A stretch of DNA of 64,000 nt. It comes from Raillietiella orientalis. Its lineage: Eukaryota. Position numbers and translations under genes: made by a program. The DNA is taken from the NCBI GenBank assembly GCA_036172245.1, contig JAYWIR010000018.1:2976001-3040000 (forward strand), given 5' to 3'. Positions 39,043 to 51,954 of this stretch are shown here, piece by piece; the first letter of the stretch is position 1, and the number at the start of each line of letters is the position of its first letter. The notes below the pieces were generated by a model that did no database searches, was not told the DNA's origin, and saw only the letters and a list, made by a program, of their open reading frames with translations.

Positions 39043-39190
39043 AGCAACTTCCCGTAAGCATTCATTACAGTGATGGGACGCAAGTTGCCAACGTTGCGCG
39101 TCTCCTCCCTTGGGTAGCAGACGTACTTTACCTGACCTAAACGAGTTGGGGGCATCCCCACGTTTATGGATCCACATACAAGCAATCCTA
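39043..39190 (-). mobile_element. 5'-most RT fragment of host element E
   Basis: RGDAPNSFRSGKVRLLPKGGD...NLRPITVMNAYGKLL, collinear with the fragment that resumes at 33559. Confidence 0.8.
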
Positions 39191-39640
39191 CTTTGTTCCC
39201 ACTGCTGAATTGAATCTATTCGGAAAGTGAAAGGGTGAAATACCAACACAATAAACAGAGCGCATTCGCATTTATTTCGGAAAATATGAAAAAGCATTTT
39301 TTGTCTTTACTAAGAATATTTTCGTTCCCAAATGCTGCAATCCTCTGCTTTTCTACCAGCCTTCTTCCATAATGGTTAAATTCCTGCAGATCATTCCCTT
39401 CAAGCCACAGTGGGCCGAACATCCTTTCCACTAGGTGATTACGTTCACAATTCCTCTCTCGACAACTATCGTGCAGCACAAGTATGTTCTCAAGGAAGGC
39501 TGGAGGTCGAAAAAGACGTTAGGTTTACAATTCAGCAGCACTTCTGCAAGAAAGAATAACACAACAGGGTGGTGACAGTGCACTGAAGCTGCCCAAAGAG
39601 GTCTTGCAGAATTGCAACACACAGTGGTTGGTCTCCGGAC

Positions 39641-42105
39641 TTAATAAGATCGAGCGATATAGAGTAGTTCATCCCAATACTCGGGATTAATGTCCTTGAG
39701 GAGGCAGCCCATTACTCGTGTAGCCTTCTCATTATCAGTTAGTATTTGCGATGGTGATTCTTCACCAAGATAAGAATGGCCAACCATCGTTGGCCCAAAT
39801 ATCGTGGCTAAGTTGTCAGCAGGCAACTTACATGCTGGACTTCTTGCTACACGGCATAGGTGTGATAGTAGGAAGGCTAGAGTGTCACGGTTTGGTACAG
39901 GTAACTGCTGTATTGCATTGTGAATACTCCTTCGTCTGACCTCAATGTCAGGAGATGTTGTGGCCTCAAGAAACGTCTCCAGGAACCTTGTGGGTATCAC
40001 ATGTTCTGTAAGTGCCTTCAAAAATTCCTGCAGTACACTGCACACTATATAAATCTTATAGTGAGATAGGTAGGTTTCTCCAGGAGTCTTCAGTAAGCGA
40101 TCCTGGGAAGCATATGCATGCATGCACGAGGAATAAAATGAAAATTTTTTACCTTCAACTCCTTCACTGCTTTGTCAGCACCCGGGATTCGATAAATACC
40201 CAGCTCTTGAAGACCATGGTCTTCCACATGTTGGACGCAACGTATAATGATGGCAGGTATTTGAGGGCGTGTAAAGTACACGAAATTTCCGAGGTCGCCA
40301 CTTTCTTTTATCAGCATAGTAGTAAGGCAAGGCAATGGCATTAAATGTGCACATTTCATATGGCAAAATGCAGAGCAGCTAGTACAGACGTAGTCCAATT
40401 TGCGATCTCCAAGGCGTTTTCCGCATCCTTGGCACACTCTTCGATTGGTCAAACGTGTAGCCGTAAATCTATGATCATTTTGAGGTAATTTCGAGCATGT
40501 TGTCGCCTCAAAACGATAAGGTCTTCTGGGTACTATCGAAGATGCCGCATCCTTTGCAGGAAGAACAGGTTGTGTTTTTTTGCTGATTTTGGGTAGAGCC
40601 ACTTTTCTTGTAAGTCGATCGCCATCATCTTCAGATCGGAGGTCACCTTTTGGTTTTAGAAGTTTTTTTAATCCTTCCGGAATTTTGAAGTAAGACATAA
40701 GTTTTTTTCTTTTGCGGTCTGTAAAACTGTGATTATTGACCAAGCGGATGTTCAAATACCTTTCTGGAACACCCTGGAATGGACTCCAAGTTCAAGATCA
40801 CCAGTAACTTTTGACGATGCAGCAATTCGTTTTGGACTTTCCAAGACTGCATCCGCTTCCAATTTCTAGAGAGTTGTGAAAGGTTTTCAAAATTCAGCTG
40901 GTTGTTTGCCAATGAACACTTGCTTCGTCAGTAGCAGAAAGATCATCCAAAGGGCGAGTCTTCTTTGGAGGAGGGGTTTCATCTAATGTTCTCTTCTCCC
41001 GAGACGTCATGCTGCATTCCGCGTCACGTGAAAGTTCCAAGGCATCTTCTACGGAAGTTCTCTCCCGGTCTGCTGCGCCTGTATACGTATTTATTCAATA
41101 GTGTGTACTCTCCTGAACCCTTCTCAGCATTGAATCCAAATGCAAAGTTTCCAAAATGACCATGTTGAAACATTTCACATCTCAAACGACCACAAAATCA
41201 TCGTCAGACTATTGGAAACGCCCATAATTAAGTTGACTATTCGCAATCGAGAATCGAATCGACCGGTGTTGGCTCAGTGGACAGTGGCCGCATGTGGACA
41301 GTGAACGTACAGCATGGATGTTCATTGAAAGATTCAAACATTCACGAGTGTTCGAATCTACAGGTTAGAATGAAAAGTAACGGTACCACGATCCTCGTCT
41401 GAAACTCCCACATCTGGGAACTCTTTCTGGACAGATACGGTACTCATTCTCCGCTTCAAGTACGGATAATCAATTTTGTGGGATTCCAGCAACTCTTGCA
41501 ACAAATTCACTTGATTTAGCTACAAAATGTTGCAGTACAGAATCTTTGAAATACCTTCATCATTATAACATTCGCTCGAACGTACCGTATCTCGCAACAT
41601 CCGTTTTAATTTCCGTTTTGCAGAGCTTTCCTCGTCCACAAGATTTCTCTTAGTTACCAATTTCTGTAAGATTGTCTCTTTTTCTTTGCTGAGATTCTCC
41701 CTCAAAATTTCCATCCTTTCATTTCTGGCTTTCAATTTGTCAATGATTTTTTTTTGCTCTCGAACAACTGTCACTAATTCCTGAGCATTCTCTGAAATAA
41801 ATAAACCCAATTCGTAAAGGATACTTTTGCATAGAGTTTTATAATACAACTAAATGTAAATTTTGAGATTATCCTTTATTTATCTGAAATGCTGAAATTA
41901 ATTTCATCATTCAAATAAATTATACGATGAAATATAATGCAAGAAAACGGTTATGATTGCGATGAACCGATGTCACTTCCACAAAATGCCAACGATTACA
42001 ACGGAGGAAGTTACCAGTTTCCGCCATCATGTTATCCAGACTGCAACTTAACTCCTCCACGATCCTATCGAGAAGTTTTCTCAACGTTTCGTCAGTTGTT
42101 TCCAT
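39641..42105 (-). CDS. RacGAP1/CYK-4-like paralog, copy 4 (Arg finger retained; LKDF changed to LQEF)
   Basis: Exon 1 METTDETLRKLLDR..., coiled-coil exon 41791-41586, C1 at 40327-40473, GIYRIPGADKAVKELK; stop after YIARSY. Confidence 0.86.
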
Positions 42106-45100
42106 AGTTCGTTAATTACAGTATTCTTCAAAGAATTTGGGATCGAAGTGTTGCTTTCAATAATTTCTCAAAGCTAAAAACTGAAAACGAGATATAAGGT
42201 CAAAATTCGCGGAATGGTTTCCGATGAAACCGTACCAAAGTCCTGGGGGATGCACACGGGATCCACGGATGAACCGCAATCAAAGAGGTAGGACAGTTGG
42301 CGAGGTGATGGACGAATTGAGCGCTTTCCGATAGAAGACTGGCAGCCTACAGATATCGGGAATCTTCCTCGCAGATTGCAAAAGGAAATCGATTCTGGGT
42401 TACTAAGGAAATTAGCAGGGAGCACTGGACCAATTAGTGACTTCTAGTTCTTCAAGGGAAAGGGGAGTTGTTTCTCACTAGGGAGGAAGAGTGTCTTGGA
42501 AGAAAGTAGCAATTTCCGAGGAAAGACTCGAAGAAAGGTTCTTTAAGAGGTTTCCATGGCGAGCTGGTGTTGTCAATGAAGAACGGGTTGTGTATGCCAT
42601 CCGGACGAACTTGCGGACTGTCCTTTCCCTCGTGTTCAAAATCTTACTAGCTACCAATTCTTATGACTTTCCAACGCCGTTTCCGAAAATACCAACAAGC
42701 ATTTCCATTCCAAACACTCTTCCAGAACAGACGGAAACAACAAACCCGCAGGCTAGCCACGACTAGCGGCCCTAAGTGGCCGGACCGCGTCCACGACTAC
42801 ATGGCAAAGCAGACGTGGTTAGCACAGAGAAAGGAGATGCACACAGGATCCTCACGTCTGCTACCGATGGCATTTTGTCTCTGCAATATCCCACAGTAGC
42901 AATCGTAGCTTTCTGCTGCGCTGCCGCGAAACCTCAAACACGGTCACAAAGGATACAACGCGGTCATATTGGTCCCCGCAGAAAGTCCCATGCACACGCG
43001 TGTCTTCGCTTTCCCCCGTCCGTCTTCCCTTTCCTGCCCAGCGCGAACCCGTACCAGGGATATGTAGGTAGGAAAATCTTGAAACGATCGTATGTAACGC
43101 ACATCGCCCTTTTCGACACCGTCACTCTGTCGAATGTTGGCGTGTGAGGAATTCCTGGAACAACCTGACTCGTGGAAATGAGGTGCTCAAAATCAACTCT
43201 GCACAAAGTTGGCCCGAAATTTTCTGAATTGCAAATGAAATTCCCTATGCCTTGAAGCACTCGCCACACCTCCGACAGCAGAAAGGACAAAGAACACAAC
43301 GCAGCAGCGCGTGCGTTCCGCCTTTCCTTCATTATGGCATGTCGTCACCTCTTTTCGTCTTCAGTGTCCTAAGATGAGCAACGCACGCAGGCAGACAACT
43401 CATCCGCGAGATCTGAAATCGGTCCTTCAAGATGCTGCGTACGTTATGTTCACAGCATCTCCGTTTTCCCACTGTTAGGTAAACGACCTGTTTCGGCATC
43501 CATCGTTGGACCTGGGTCTCTGCACCTCGTTTGCCCTGCACCGTTGCTCTTCTTCGAGATTGAACTAATTAACTTCATTTTGTATCTTCGTAACGACAAG
43601 TTCGGCACACTGTCAACTTTCGGCAGCCTATCCTCATATTCCCACGTGCGGTCACTTTTCTCACACTGTTTCCGAGCATGCAGTACTTCACAAGTATACG
43701 TCATCTTCCCCGTTAGGTAGCACCGAACTGAATGTTCAAAGGAAACAAAAAGAAAGGCACCTTGATGCAATCGCCGTACTTTGCTTTCATTTGTTTGACT
43801 TTGTTTGATGCATCCCCCATTTTGATGATGGTCTTTCAACTTGGTTGACCAGCTGACGGGTTGCCTCCTTGCATACCTACGCAACGCCGGTATGCCAGCA
43901 GAGCAACCCGAACTGGTGGGGGATGACGACCATGCCAGCAGTTCTTGCCCCGCCTTCGCATTTTGCTACTTCTCTGAATCACACCGTTTTCCTTCTCTCC
44001 ATATTATGGAGTCAGCGAAAACCAAACACCCTTGAGATGGAAAACGCGGGAAACACATTGAAACGCTTTCGAAAGATTTCCTCTAAGCTCTCTACTGGAC
44101 GCGAGGCGTTCCGTTTTCGGATGGGCATCAAAAGAGATGGCAATCCAAAGCAGCGGTTACATGTGAACATGTACCATCCGGAGGATTGGGCTTTTGCAGC
44201 TACACTCTCAACCAATCTTTGAACACTACAGCCATGAGAATGCAAACGCGATTTCCAGTCTTGCTTGCAGTGGGCTGTTGTCGCTGTTCCTTTCGAACAA
44301 ATGGAAATACGAATGCTGTCCATCTGTATTCTTCGAAGGCTAATATTCACACATGCGCCTTCTCACCCGGACGGTGTCGTTTCCACCTGTGTCGTCGCAT
44401 GCAACCATCACATATGGTCCGCCAATTGTTTCCTGCATGTCGTGTGTGTAGGACAATCGCTCAGGAAGTGGAAGCAGCTTGTCCGTTTCTTTACTTCCGA
44501 CATGAGTGGTTGTCCAGTCGTGCGGCACAGGGGCACCAACGAAGATCCGTGTCTCTCCACTATACCACTCATGGCCTGGCGGCTCAAAATTTCCAATGAC
44601 GATTTGTGACTGCAGCCTTACAGCGCTCACAACTTGCGTTTCACAACCCCACGTCACGTTGCGTGTCGCTAATGGTGTGCTCCTCCTTTTGCTTGCTACG
44701 CACGTGTGATCACGTGGGATGGTGCTTTGTACACCAGAACGGTGCGCCCTTCTGGTGTACAAAGTGCATGTCTGGATTGAAATCTCTTCGTTCGAACTGT
44801 TCGCAGACCACAGGCTTTCGTCAAAACGTGTGAAGCGTTAGAGATTTGCTGCCTTCCGAGTTTCATTTGACTATGGACATTCAAGGAGTGACAGTTGCTT
44901 AGAAGTAGGGGCCAGTTTCCTCGCACCACTCAGGGGATCTGCTCTCTGCTTGTCTCTTTTTTTCCGCTGTTTGGCGAATGTGCCTTTCCAAGCAATTGTG
45001 CACTGATATGCGTATGCACGCGATCGACACACTTGGCACCATTTAGGTTCCCTTGGAAAGCATCAATGGGCTTTTCCGTCTGTGAAACCGGGAACCGCAC

Positions 45101-45820
45101 TGATTTCGATACTCACCATTGGGGAAGGACTTTGCACCGAAGGTTAAACCAACGAAATCAGCGATTCCTCCGACGCTCATCTGCACTGGAGGTTGAGACT
45201 CCCTCAGGCGGATGGTTTGAGTTTCGTCATTTGCATGGTTAGCATGCGTCTGCTGCGGGCTGGAAGTAACCCTACGCAGAGCATTCTCAAATACTTTAGG
45301 CATAGCGGTGAATGTGAGCAATCTTTGCCATCATTGAGACGACAGAATTTCGTCCTTCATCAACCAATCCTACTGTACTCCTACTACTTCATGGGATCTT
45401 TCCTCGAGTTGAACGGGTGAAATACCAACACAATAAACAGAGCGCATTCCCATTTATTTCGGAAAATATGAAAAAGCATTTCTTGTCTTTACTGAGAATA
45501 TTTTCGTTCCCAAATGCTACAATCCTCGGCTTTTCTACCAGACTTCTTCCATAATGGTTAAATTCCTGCAGATCATTCCCTTCAAGCCACAGTGGGCCGA
45601 ACATCCTTTCCACCAGGTGATTACGTTCACAATTCCTCTCTCGACAACTATCGTGCAGCACAAGTATGTTCTCAAGGAAGGCTGGAGGTCGAAAAAGACG
45701 TTAGGTTTACAATTCAGCAGCACTTCTGCAAGAAAGAATAACACAACAGGGTGGCGACAGTGCACTGAAGCTGCCCAAAGAGGTCTTGCAGAATTGCAAC
45801 ACAGTGGTTGGTCTCCGGAC

Positions 45821-48283
45821 TTAATAAGATCGAGCGATATAGAGTAGTTCATCCCAATACTCGGGATTAATGTCCTTGAGGAGGCAGCCCATTACTCGTG
45901 TAGCCTTCTCATTATCAGTTAGTATTTGCGATGGTGATTCTTCACCAAGATAAGAATGGCCAACCATCGTTGGCCCAAATATCGTGGCTAAGTTGTCAGC
46001 AGGCAACTTACATGCTGGACTTCTTGCTACACGGCATAGGTGTGATAGTAGGAAGGCTAGAGTGTCACGGTTTGGTACAGGTAACTGCTGTATTGCATTG
46101 TGAATACTCCTTCGTCTGACCTCAATGTCAGGAGATGTTGTGGCCTCAAGAAACGTCTCCAGGAATCTTGTGGGTATCACATGTTGTGTAAGTGACTTCA
46201 AAAATTCCTGCAGTACACTGCACACTTCATGAATCTTATAGTGAGAAAGGTAGGTTTCTTCAGGACTCTTCAGTAAGCGATCCTGGGAAGCATATGCATG
46301 CATGCACGAAGAATCAGTAAAAATTGCTCACCTTCAATATCCTCACATCTTCAACTAGCTCTGGAACTGCATAGATATGCCTTACGTGAAGACCATGTTC
46401 CTCCACATGCTGGACACAACGTACAATGAGCGCAGGTATATGAGGGCGTGTAATGTACGAGAAATTTTCAAGGTCTCCACTTTCATTTATCAGCGGAGTA
46501 ATAATGCAAGGTAATGTCACTAAACGTACACATTCCAGATGGCAAGGAGCAGAGCACATAGTACAGGCATAGGCTAATTTGCCACCTCCAATGCGTTCTC
46601 CACATCCTTGGCACACTCTTTGATTGATCAAAAGTGAAACCTTAAAACTATGATCTAATTGCGGTAATTTCGAGCATGTTGTCGCCCGAAAATGATAAGG
46701 TCTTTGGGGTAATATCAAAGATGCCGCATCCTCGGCAGGAAGAACAGGTTGTGTCGTTTTGCTGATTTCGGATGCAGCCTCTTTTCTTGGAATTAGATCA
46801 CTTTCAACCTCAAATCTGAGGATTGGTTTTGTTTGCGTGGCTTCTTTGAATCCTTCCAGCACCTTTGAAAGAGACCCAATTTTTTCTTTTTTGTGGTCTT
46901 GAAAACTGTGAGTATGAACCAAGACGATGTCCAAATACCTTTCTGGAGCACCCTGGAATGGTCTCTAAGTTCAAGATCACCAGTAACTTTTGACGATGCA
47001 GCAATTCGTGTTGGACTTTCCAAGACTGCATCCGCTTCCAATTTCTAGAGAGTTGTGAAAGGTTTTCAAAAATCAGCTGGTTGTTTGCCAATGAACACTT
47101 GCTTCGTCAGTAGCAGAAAGATCATCCAAAGGGCGAGTCTTCTTTGGAGGAGGGGTTTCATCTAATGTTCTCTTCTCCCGAGACGTCATGCTGTATTCCG
47201 CGTTACTTGAAAGTTCCAAGTCATCTGCTACGATAGTGCTCTCACGGGCTGCTGCACCTGCATATGTATTTATTCAACATATGTACTCCGCTTGAACCCT
47301 CTCAGCATGAAATCCAAATGCAAAGTCTCCAAAATGACCATGTTGAAACATTTCCCATCTCAAACGACCACAAAATCATCGTCAGACTATTGGAAACGCC
47401 CATAATTAAGTTGACTATTCGCAATCGAGAATCGAATCCACCGGTGTTGGCTCAGTGGACAGTGGCCGCATGTGGACAGTGAACGTACAGCATGGATGTT
47501 CATTGAAAGATTCAAACATTCACGAGTGTTCGAATCTACAGGTTAGAATGAAAAGTAACGGTACCACGATCCTCGTCTGAAACTCTCACATCTGGGAACT
47601 CTTTCTGGACAGATACGGTACTCATTCTCCGCTTCAAATACGGATGAACAATTTTGTGAGATTCCAGGATGTCTTGCAACAAATTCACTTGATTTAGCTA
47701 CAAAATTTTGCAGTGCACAAAGTTAGAATAAGCTTCGTCATTATAACATTCACTCGAACGTACCATATCTTTCAACTCACGTTCATAATTCTGTTTTGAA
47801 GATCTTTCATCGTCTATAAATTTTCTCGCTTTCATTAACATTTCTAACACTTCTCCAGTTTCTTTGGTTTCATAATCTAGCAAAATGTCCATGTTATCAT
47901 TTATGAATACCCATTTGTCAATGATCCTCTTCTGCTTGAGATTCCGATTCCATAATTTAGAAACGCTCGCTGAAATAAATAAACCGAATCCTCAGAAAAG
48001 ACTTTTGCATAGAGTTCTACAATACAACTAAATATAAATTTTTAGAGTATCCTTTAATTGTCTGATATGCTCAAATTAATTTCATCATTGAAATTGATTA
48101 TACGATGCAATATCATACAAGGAACCGGTAATGACTGCGATGAACCGATGTCACTTCCACAAAATGCCAACGATTACAACGTAGGAAGTTACCAGTTTCC
48201 GCCATCATGTTATCCACACTGCTCTTTAACTGCTCCACGATCCCATCGAGAAGTTTTCTCAACGTTTCGTCAGTTGTTTCCAT
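45821..48283 (-). CDS. RacGAP1/CYK-4-like paralog, copy 5 (Arg finger to Ala and LKDF to LQEF; predicted GAP-dead)
   Basis: ATG at 48283, coiled-coil exon 47969-47764, C1 at 46506-46652. GAP segment reads RHIYAVPE. Stop after YIARSY. Confidence 0.85.
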
Positions 48284-51200
48284 AGTTCGTTAATTACAGT
48301 ATTTTTCAAAGAATTTGGGATCGAAGTGTTGCTTTCAATAATTTTTCAAAGCTGAATCCTCAAAACGAGATATAAGGTCAAAATTCGCGGAATGGTTTCC
48401 GATGAAACCGTACCAAAGTCCTGGGGGATGCACACGGGTTCGACGGATGAACCGCAATCAAAGAGGTAGGACAGTTGGCGAGGTGATGGACGAATTGAGC
48501 GCTTTCCGATAGAAGACTGGCAGCCGACAGATATCGGGAATCTTCCTCGCAGATTGCAAAAAGTAGTCGATTCTTGGTTACTAAGGAAATTAGCAGGGAG
48601 CAGTAAACCAATTAGTGACTTCTAGTTCTTCAAGGGAAAGGGGAGTTGTTTCTCACTAGGGAGGAAGAGTGTCCTAGAAGAAAGTAGCAATTTCCGAGGA
48701 AAGACTCGAAGAAAGGTTCTTTAAGAGGTTTCCATGGCGAGCTGGTGTTGTCAATGGAGGACGGGTTGTGTGTGCCATCCGGACGAACTTGCGGACTGTC
48801 CTTTCTCTCGTGTTCAAAATCTTACTAGCTACCAATTCTTATGACTTTCCAACGCCGTTTCCCAAAATACCAACAAGCATTTCCATTCCAAACACTCTTC
48901 CAGAACAGACGGAAACAACAAACCCGCAGGCTAGCCACGGCTAGCGGCCCTAAGTGGCCGGACCGCGTCCACGACTACATGGCAAAGCAGACGTGGTTAG
49001 CACAGAGAAAGGAGATGCACACAGGATCCTCACGCCTGCTACCGATGGCATATTGTCTCTCCAATATCCCACGGTAGCAATCGTAGCTTTCTGCTGCGCT
49101 GCCGCGAAACCTCAAACACGGTCACAAAGGATACAACGCGGTCACGTTGGTTTCCGCAGAAAGTCCCATGCACACGCGTGTCTTCGCTTTCCCCCGTCCG
49201 TCTTCCCTTTCCTGCCCAGCGCGAACCCGTACCAGGGATATGTAGGTAGGAAAATCTTGAAACGATCGTATGTAACGCACATCGCCCTTTTCGACACCGT
49301 CACTCTGTCGAATGTTGGCGTGTGAGGAATTCCTGGAACAACCTGACTCGTGGAAATGAGGTGCTCAAAATCAACTCTGCACAAAGTTGGCCCGAAATTT
49401 TCTGAATTGCAAATGAAATTCCCTATGCCTTGAAGCACTCGCCACACCTCCGACAGCAGAAAGGACAAAGAACACAACGCAGCAGCGCGTGCGTTCCGCC
49501 TTTCCTTCATTATGGCATGTCGTCACCTCTTTTCGTCTTCAGTGTCCTAAGATGAGCAACGCACGCAGGCAGACAACTCATCCGCGAGATCTGAAATCGG
49601 TCCTTCAAGATGCTGCGTACGTTATGTTCACAGCATCTCCGTTTTCCCACTGTTAGGTAAACGACCTGTTTCGGCATCCATCGTTGGACCTGGGTCTCTG
49701 CACCTCGTTTGCCCTGCACCGTTGCTCTTCTTCGAGATTGAACTAATTAACTTCATTTTGTATCTTCGTAACGACAAGTTCGGCACACTGTCAACTTTCG
49801 GCAGCCTATCCTCATATTCCCACGTGCGGTCACTTTTCCCACACTGTTTCCGAGCATGCAGTACTTCACAAGTATACGTCATCTTCCCCGTTAGGTAGCA
49901 CCGAACTGAATGATCAAAGGAAACAAAAAAAAAGGCACCTTGATGCAATCGCAGTATTTAGCTTTCATTTGTTTGACTTTGTTCGATGCATCCCCCATTT
50001 TGATGATGGTCTTTCAACTTGGTTGACCAGCTGACGGGTTGCCTCCTTGCATACCTACGCAACGCCGGTATGCCAGCAGAGCAACCCGAACTGGTGGAGG
50101 ATGACTGCCGTGACCACAGCTCCAGCCCCGCCTTCGCATTTTGCTACTTCTCTGAATCACACCGTTTTCCTTCTCTCCATATTATGGAGTCAGCGAAAAC
50201 CAAACACCCTTGAGATGGAAAACGCGGGAAACACATTGAAACGCTTTCGAAAGATTTCCTCTAAGCTCTCCACTGGACGCGAGGCGTTCCGTTTTCGGAT
50301 GGGCATCAAAAGAGATGGCAATCCAAAGCAGCGGTTACATGTGAACATGTACCATCCGGAGGATTGGGCTTTTCCAGCTACACTCTCAACCAATCTTTGA
50401 ACACTACAGCCATGAGAATGCAAACGCGATTTCCAGTCTTGCTTGCAGTGGGCTGTTGTCGCTGTTCCTTTCGAACAAATGGAAATACGAATGCTGTCCA
50501 TCTGTATTCTTCGAAGGCTAATATTCACACATGCGCCTTCTCACCCGGACGGTGTCGTTTCCACCTGTGTCGTCGCATGCAACCATCACATATGGTCCGC
50601 CAATTGTTTCCTGCATGTCGTGTGTGTAGGACAATCGCTCAGGAAGTGGAAGCAGCTTGTCCGTTTCTTTACTTCCGACATGAGTGGTTGTCCAGTCGTG
50701 CGGCACAGGGGCACCAACGAAGATCCGTGTCTCTCCACTATACCACTCATGGCCTGGCGGCTCAAAATTTCCAATGACGATTTGTGACTGCAGCCTTACA
50801 GCGCTCACAACTTGCGTTTCACAACCCCACGTCACGTTGCGTGTCGCTAATGGTGTGCTCCTCCTTTTGCTTGCTACGCACGTGTGAGCACGTGGGATGT
50901 ACACCAGAAGGGCACACCCTTCTGGTGTACAATGCACCAATCTCTTCTTGCTGCAGAGAAATCGACATTCGTCATTCTCATGAAGATGAAAAGAACACCC
51001 TTTCGTGAGAAGGTGTTGGTCACTACGCGCCCTCCACATATATAAAGTGCATGTCTGGATTGAAATCTCTTCGTTCGAACTGTTGGCAGACCACAGGCCT
51101 TCGTCAAAACGTGTGAAGCGTTAGAGATTTGCTGCATTCCGAGTTTCATTTGACTATGGACATTCAAGGAGTGACAGTTGCTCAGAAGTAGGGGCCAGTT

Positions 51201-51735
51201 TCCTCGCACCACTCAGGGGATCTGCTCTCTGCTTGTCTCTTTTTTTGCGCTGTTTGGCGAATGTGCCTTTCCAAGCAATTGTGCACTGATATGCGTATGC
51301 ACGCGATCGACACACTTGGCACCATTTAGGTTCCCTTGGAAAGCATCAATGGACTTTTCCTTCTGTGAAACCGGGAACCGCACTGATTTCGATACTCACC
51401 ATTGGGGAAGGACTTTGCACCGAAGGTTAAACCAACGAAATCAGCGATTCCTTTGACGCTCATCTGCACTGGAGTTTGAGACTCCCTCAGGCGGATGGTT
51501 TGAGTTTTGCCATTTCGATGGATAGCATGCGTCTGCTGCGGGCTGGAAGTAACCCTACGCGGAGCATTCTCAACCACTTTAGGCATAGCGGTGAATGTGA
51601 GCAATCTTTGCCATCATTGAGACGACAGAATTTCGTCCTTCATCAACCAATCCTACTGTACTCCTACTACTTCATGGGATCTTTCCTCGAGTTGAACGGG
51701 TGAAATACCAACACAATAAACAGAGCGCATTCGCA

Positions 51736-51741
51736 TTTATT
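51736..51741 (-). promoter_or_regulatory. Candidate polyadenylation signal of RacGAP1 (equivalent site in every unit, e.g. 6302-6307)
   Basis: AATAAA on the minus strand ~210 nt after the stop codon. Confidence 0.5.
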
Positions 51742-51954
51742 TCGGAAAATATGAAAAAGCATTTTTTGTCTTTACTAAGAATATTTTCGTTCCCAAATGC
51801 TGCAATCCTCTGCTTTTCTACCAGACTTCTTCCATAATGGTTAAATCCCTGCAGATCATTCCCTTCAAGTCACATTGGGCCGAACATCCTTTCTACTAGG
51901 TGATTACATTCACAATTCCTCTCTCGACAATTTTCGTGAAGCACAAGTTTGTTC

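Larger units (their letters stand above)
6080..51954 (-). repeat. Tandem array of ~6.2-kb units, each a RacGAP paralog plus a ~3-kb spacer
   Basis: Landmark ggaagtaaccctacg recurs at 6111, 15989, 22178, 45262 and 51545. Periods are 9878 (with the TE insert), 6189 and 6283. Landmark gggtgaaatacc recurs at 39233 and 45415 (period 6182). The ORF track repeats near-identical translations in each unit. Confidence 0.97.
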
